Below are positions 60,801 to 64,000 of a stretch of 64,000 bases of DNA, piece by piece. The DNA is from an uncultured delta proteobacterium (GTDB taxonomy: Bacteria > Desulfobacterota > WTBG01 > CAIYCZ01 > CAIRTM01): the NCBI GenBank assembly GCA_963804955.1, contig CAWDSQ010000020.1, positions 128,001-192,000 on the forward strand. Reading direction: 5' to 3'. The notes beneath the pieces were generated by a model. The model was not told where the DNA came from. It ran no database searches and worked only from the letters and a program-made list of their open reading frames with translations. The position numbers and the translations under genes are program-made. The first letter of the stretch is position 1; each line of letters begins with the position of its first letter.

Positions 60801-60948
60801 CCGCCACCAGCATAAAAACAGCACCGTCACTATCAGCACAGGTATGTACTTCGCCATGCTGCATGGGCGTTGGCGCTTGATCGGCCTTGCAGGCATGGCA
60901 ATCAGGCAGATACTACTTGCGAAAATTTAATGCCGCTACTGGACTATC

Positions 60949-62187
60949 ATGACACAGCTTTTCATATTTTTTAAAATTGTGATGTATTCGATGCAGCGAT
61001 TCTATACGGAAAAGCGCCTGCTCTGGGCCGCATCTCTGACCTATACAACCATATTTTCCCTGATCCCCTTGTTAAGCGTTCTGTTTTTTGTTTTTAATGT
61101 CTTCGGCAGCCTTGCTGATATTAAAAACATGGTTCAGCCCTATATTTATAAGACGCTTGCACCCTGGGCGCAGGAAAAGGTCATAACCATTCTCAATGAC
61201 CTGGTCAACAATATCGATTTCAGCACCATTGGTATTTTTAGCGCATCGCTTCTTATCGTTTCGGTTTTTCTGCTCCTGTTTGAAATAGAATATGTACTGA
61301 ATGAAATATGGCTGATTCAAAAAAAACCTTCCACCCTTTCCCGTGCCGCAATTTATTGGGCTCTGCTTACCATAGGGCCTGTTTTAATTGCATTGTCTCT
61401 TTTTATATTCGTTAACCTGCAGGCCTATATTCCTTTAAAAATTATTGAGGCTTATGTCAGCGTCTACGGCATCACGCTGCTGTCCTCTATACTAATCTGG
61501 AGCGCATTTACAACCATCTATTTCCTGATGCCGGGCACACCGGTCAGTTTTTCATCTGCAGTATTTGGCGGTGTATGTGCTGCAACGCTGTGGAAAATTT
61601 CAGGCATTGCATTTTCAATGTACACATCGCATTTCTTTTTCTATTATCCTAAAATTTTCGGGTCCCTCGCAGCAATTCCCCTGTTCCTTTTATGGATATT
61701 TTTATGCTGGATACTTTTTCTATTCGGCGCAGAATTGACCTTCATGCATCAAAACCGCCGCTTCTATGCCAACTCATATAAAGCTCCTGTGCTGCAGGGC
61801 TTCACGAGAGAGCTGTATACACTGGTTGTTTTTCTTTTTATTGTTAAAGATTTTTTTAAACAGGCAAAGCCCGTATCTCTTAAAAAAATTGCTATCGAAC
61901 TGAAAATTCCTCCCCATATCGTGCAGGAATTGATCGAGTCGATGATTATTCACGGAATGCTTATAGAATCGATAAAACCTAAAAGCTGCTTTATACCCGC
62001 CAAACCACTTGCCAAAATACGGCTTGCCGACATGCGCTCAATCATTCATCATGCGGCAACTGTTCAGGAAGCAGCTCCTGCTGAAATCAATGATCCGCTA
62101 TTTAAGGCTGCCGGTCTTATTCTCTTCGGATCCGGGACGGATACGGATATGAAAACCATGGATACAATAATTCCGATGCTGTCATAA
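60949..62187 (+). CDS. YihY/BrkB-family inner membrane protein with C-terminal wHTH-like extension
   Basis: AASLTYTTIFSLIP, IE..LNEIW and FGSLAAIPLFLLW..LFGAEL motifs. Confidence 0.88.
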   Translation: MTQLFIFFKIVMYSMQRFYTEKRLLWAASLTYTTIFSLIPLLSVLFFVFNVFGSLADIKNMVQPYIYKTLAPWAQEKVITILNDLVNNIDFSTIGIFSASLLIVSVFLLLFEIEYVLNEIWLIQKKPSTLSRAAIYWALLTIGPVLIALSLFIFVNLQAYIPLKIIEAYVSVYGITLLSSILIWSAFTTIYFLMPGTPVSFSSAVFGGVCAATLWKISGIAFSMYTSHFFFYYPKIFGSLAAIPLFLLWIFLCWILFLFGAELTFMHQNRRFYANSYKAPVLQGFTRELYTLVVFLFIVKDFFKQAKPVSLKKIAIELKIPPHIVQELIESMIIHGMLIESIKPKSCFIPAKPLAKIRLADMRSIIHHAATVQEAAPAEINDPLFKAAGLILFGSGTDTDMKTMDTIIPMLS

Positions 62188-62215
62188 CCAGCCGCGGCAT
62201 ATGAAAGGACTGCTC

Positions 62216-63214
62216 ATGCCTTCTATTGAATCAAAAAAAATCTATGTGTCTGAGATAACTGAAAACACACAGGTGGAAGGACTGTTTTTGGTAAAAGATA
62301 AAAACAATGGCATGACTAAAAACGGCAAGCAATATATTGCTCTCAACCTTACCGATAAAACAGGTGAAGTTAAGGCCCGTATATGGGACAATGCCGAAAA
62401 ACTCGGCGCGCGATTTTCTCAGGGCGATTGTGTAACCTTGAAAGCGTTTTCAGTTATGTATCAGGGAACACTCCAGCTAAATATCGCCAGCATTGAAAAA
62501 TTTCCGTCCACTGAAGAACTGCTCAGGGAACTGCTGCCGGCCTCTAAAAGTAATTCTGATGAGCTTTTTGCAGAACTGCTCCGCATCTGCCGTAGTTTTT
62601 CTAACCCGCATCTGAGCAGACTGCTGGAACTTATTTTCAGCAGGGATGATATCGTAACAGCATTTAAAGCCGCACCTGCTGCAAAAAGCATTCATCATGA
62701 CTACCTGGGGGGGCTCATTGAACACACAGCAAATGTTACACGGCTTGCACGTACGGTTGCCCCCCTGTACCCCAACCTTAATACAGAACTGCTTCTGACA
62801 GGCGCTATACTGCATGATATCGGGAAAATATATGAACTCGCCTATGAAAAAAATTTTTCCTATACCGATAAAGGCCGTCTGATAGGCCATATAACACTCG
62901 GTGTCGATATTGTTACTGATGCCATAAAGCAGCTATCTGAATTTCCCGAGGATCTTGCTCTTGTTGTTCGGCACCTTTTGCTTAGTCATCACGGCCAATA
63001 TGAATTCGGATCACCTAAAAGGCCTAAAACCCCAGAGGCACTGCTGTTGAGCTATCTTGATGACCTTGATGCGAAAATGTTCGTATGTAATGAACTGATA
63101 AAGAAAGAAAAGAATTCAGAGACAAAATGGACCAGTTACAATAAGCTTTTTGACCGTTATCTGTACACTGATACCTTTATCGAGACGGAAAAGCAGACAG
63201 GCAGTGAGGATTGA
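62216..63214 (+). CDS. yhaM: 3'-5' exoribonuclease YhaM-family (OB fold + HD)
   Basis: LTDKTGEVKARIWD, APAAKSIHH..GGLIEH, ILHDIGK and SHHG..EFGSP motifs. Confidence 0.88.
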   Translation: MPSIESKKIYVSEITENTQVEGLFLVKDKNNGMTKNGKQYIALNLTDKTGEVKARIWDNAEKLGARFSQGDCVTLKAFSVMYQGTLQLNIASIEKFPSTEELLRELLPASKSNSDELFAELLRICRSFSNPHLSRLLELIFSRDDIVTAFKAAPAAKSIHHDYLGGLIEHTANVTRLARTVAPLYPNLNTELLLTGAILHDIGKIYELAYEKNFSYTDKGRLIGHITLGVDIVTDAIKQLSEFPEDLALVVRHLLLSHHGQYEFGSPKRPKTPEALLLSYLDDLDAKMFVCNELIKKEKNSETKWTSYNKLFDRYLYTDTFIETEKQTGSED

Positions 63215-63336
63215 TGCGCACGCGGAGGCCGGTGATTATAAAGCTGCTCAGGTGCAACCATACGCACAGCCGGGGTATATGCTGAAATAGCTGAAGAATG
63301 ATCCAACAGTTTATGACGAGCGGCACATGATGCGGG

Positions 63337-63792
63337 CTAGAGTTCCAAAATCAAAGCCTCTTCATCACAATCCGGAAATTTAACGCATTTGATGCAGTCA
63401 CCCCATACCTTATGGGGTAAAACCGATTTGTCAACCAGGCTAAAACCCAGTTTTTCAAAAAAAGCCGGTACATAGGTCAAGACGAATAATTTTTTCAATC
63501 CAAGGTCCCGTGATTCCTTAATGCAGGTTTCTACCATTTTCCGGCCCAGATCTCTTCCGTGGTAATCTTCACGGACAGCAAGAGAACGTATCTCTGCAAT
63601 ATCCTCCCAACATATGCGCAGGCTGCATGTACCGACGACAGCACGGGTCTCATCATCTTCGACAATGATGAAATCTCTGAGCTGGGCATACAAATCGCTC
63701 AGAGATCTGCCGAGAAGCAAGCCCCTGGCAGCATAGTGCGTCAGAATGCCGTGCATTGACCGTACATCATTAATACAGGCTTTGCGTATCAT
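63337..63792 (-). CDS. argA: GNAT N-acetyltransferase (short ArgA-type N-acetylglutamate synthase)
   Basis: LLLGRSLSDLY..LRDF, AEIRSLAV, FVLTY..FFEKLGF and LPHKVWGDCIKC.KFPDCDE motifs. Confidence 0.8.
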   Translation of the reverse strand: MIRKACINDVRSMHGILTHYAARGLLLGRSLSDLYAQLRDFIIVEDDETRAVVGTCSLRICWEDIAEIRSLAVREDYHGRDLGRKMVETCIKESRDLGLKKLFVLTYVPAFFEKLGFSLVDKSVLPHKVWGDCIKCVKFPDCDEEALILEL

Positions 63793-64000
63793 GAGTGACC
63801 TCGCATTCCTACTGACTGCTGCGCAACAGACAGCATCTCATGTGCATGTTTGCGCGTTGCTTCAGAAATTTTCATGCCGCCGAGCATTCGTGACAGTTCG
63901 CTGACCCTGCCATCGCCATCAAGCTGCACAACGCTGGTGACCGTTCGTCCGTTTTTGGCACATTTCTGGACGCTTAAGTGCTGGGAGCCGAAACAGGCAA
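63789..64000 (-). CDS. recN: DNA repair protein RecN, C-terminal end (partial)
   Basis: Unlisted frame reads ACFGSQHLSVQK..NGRTVTSVVQLDGDGRVSELSRMLGGMKISEATRKHAHEML; its TGA overlaps the argA ATG. Confidence 0.88.
   Translation of the reverse strand, partial: ACFGSQHLSVQKCAKNGRTVTSVVQLDGDGRVSELSRMLGGMKISEATRKHAHEMLSVAQQSVGMRGHS

Overview
Core-chromosome region of an anaerobic Deltaproteobacterium-like organism (Desulfobacterota-type gene set; taxonomy is inferred from gene content). It appears to span the replication terminus. A canonical 28-bp XerC/XerD dif site lies at 27458-27485, a second degenerate dif-like site lies 10 bp away, and all 11 FtsK KOPS motifs (GGGNAGGG) I found by eye point toward dif. 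Gene content left to right: comEC, adenosine deaminase, a minus-strand block (GT2 glycosyltransferase, PglB/STT3 oligosaccharyltransferase, DacZ-like diadenylate cyclase, HAD phosphatase), smc-ftsY (tandem NrdR-like boxes upstream of smc), glcD, USP, uppP, miaB, a receptor-less chemotaxis operon with a multi-Hpt CheA, iorAB-paaK-pdaD, eno, ligA, a diguanylate cyclase, lptD, folC, trxA, thiolase, an ftsB-pilMNOPQ operon extended by a CsgG/PelC-like lipoprotein and a ~1050-aa beta-propeller/Ig-repeat surface protein, aroC-aroB-aroQ, der, rnc, pilT-pilU, yihY, yhaM, a short argA and the end of recN. Many genes, including conserved or essential ones such as smc, miaB and lptD, are broken by single-base indels that look like long-read sequencing errors. 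Two genuine gene remnants (ppx/gppA, apgM) are also present. I found no rRNA, tRNA, CRISPR array or transposase.
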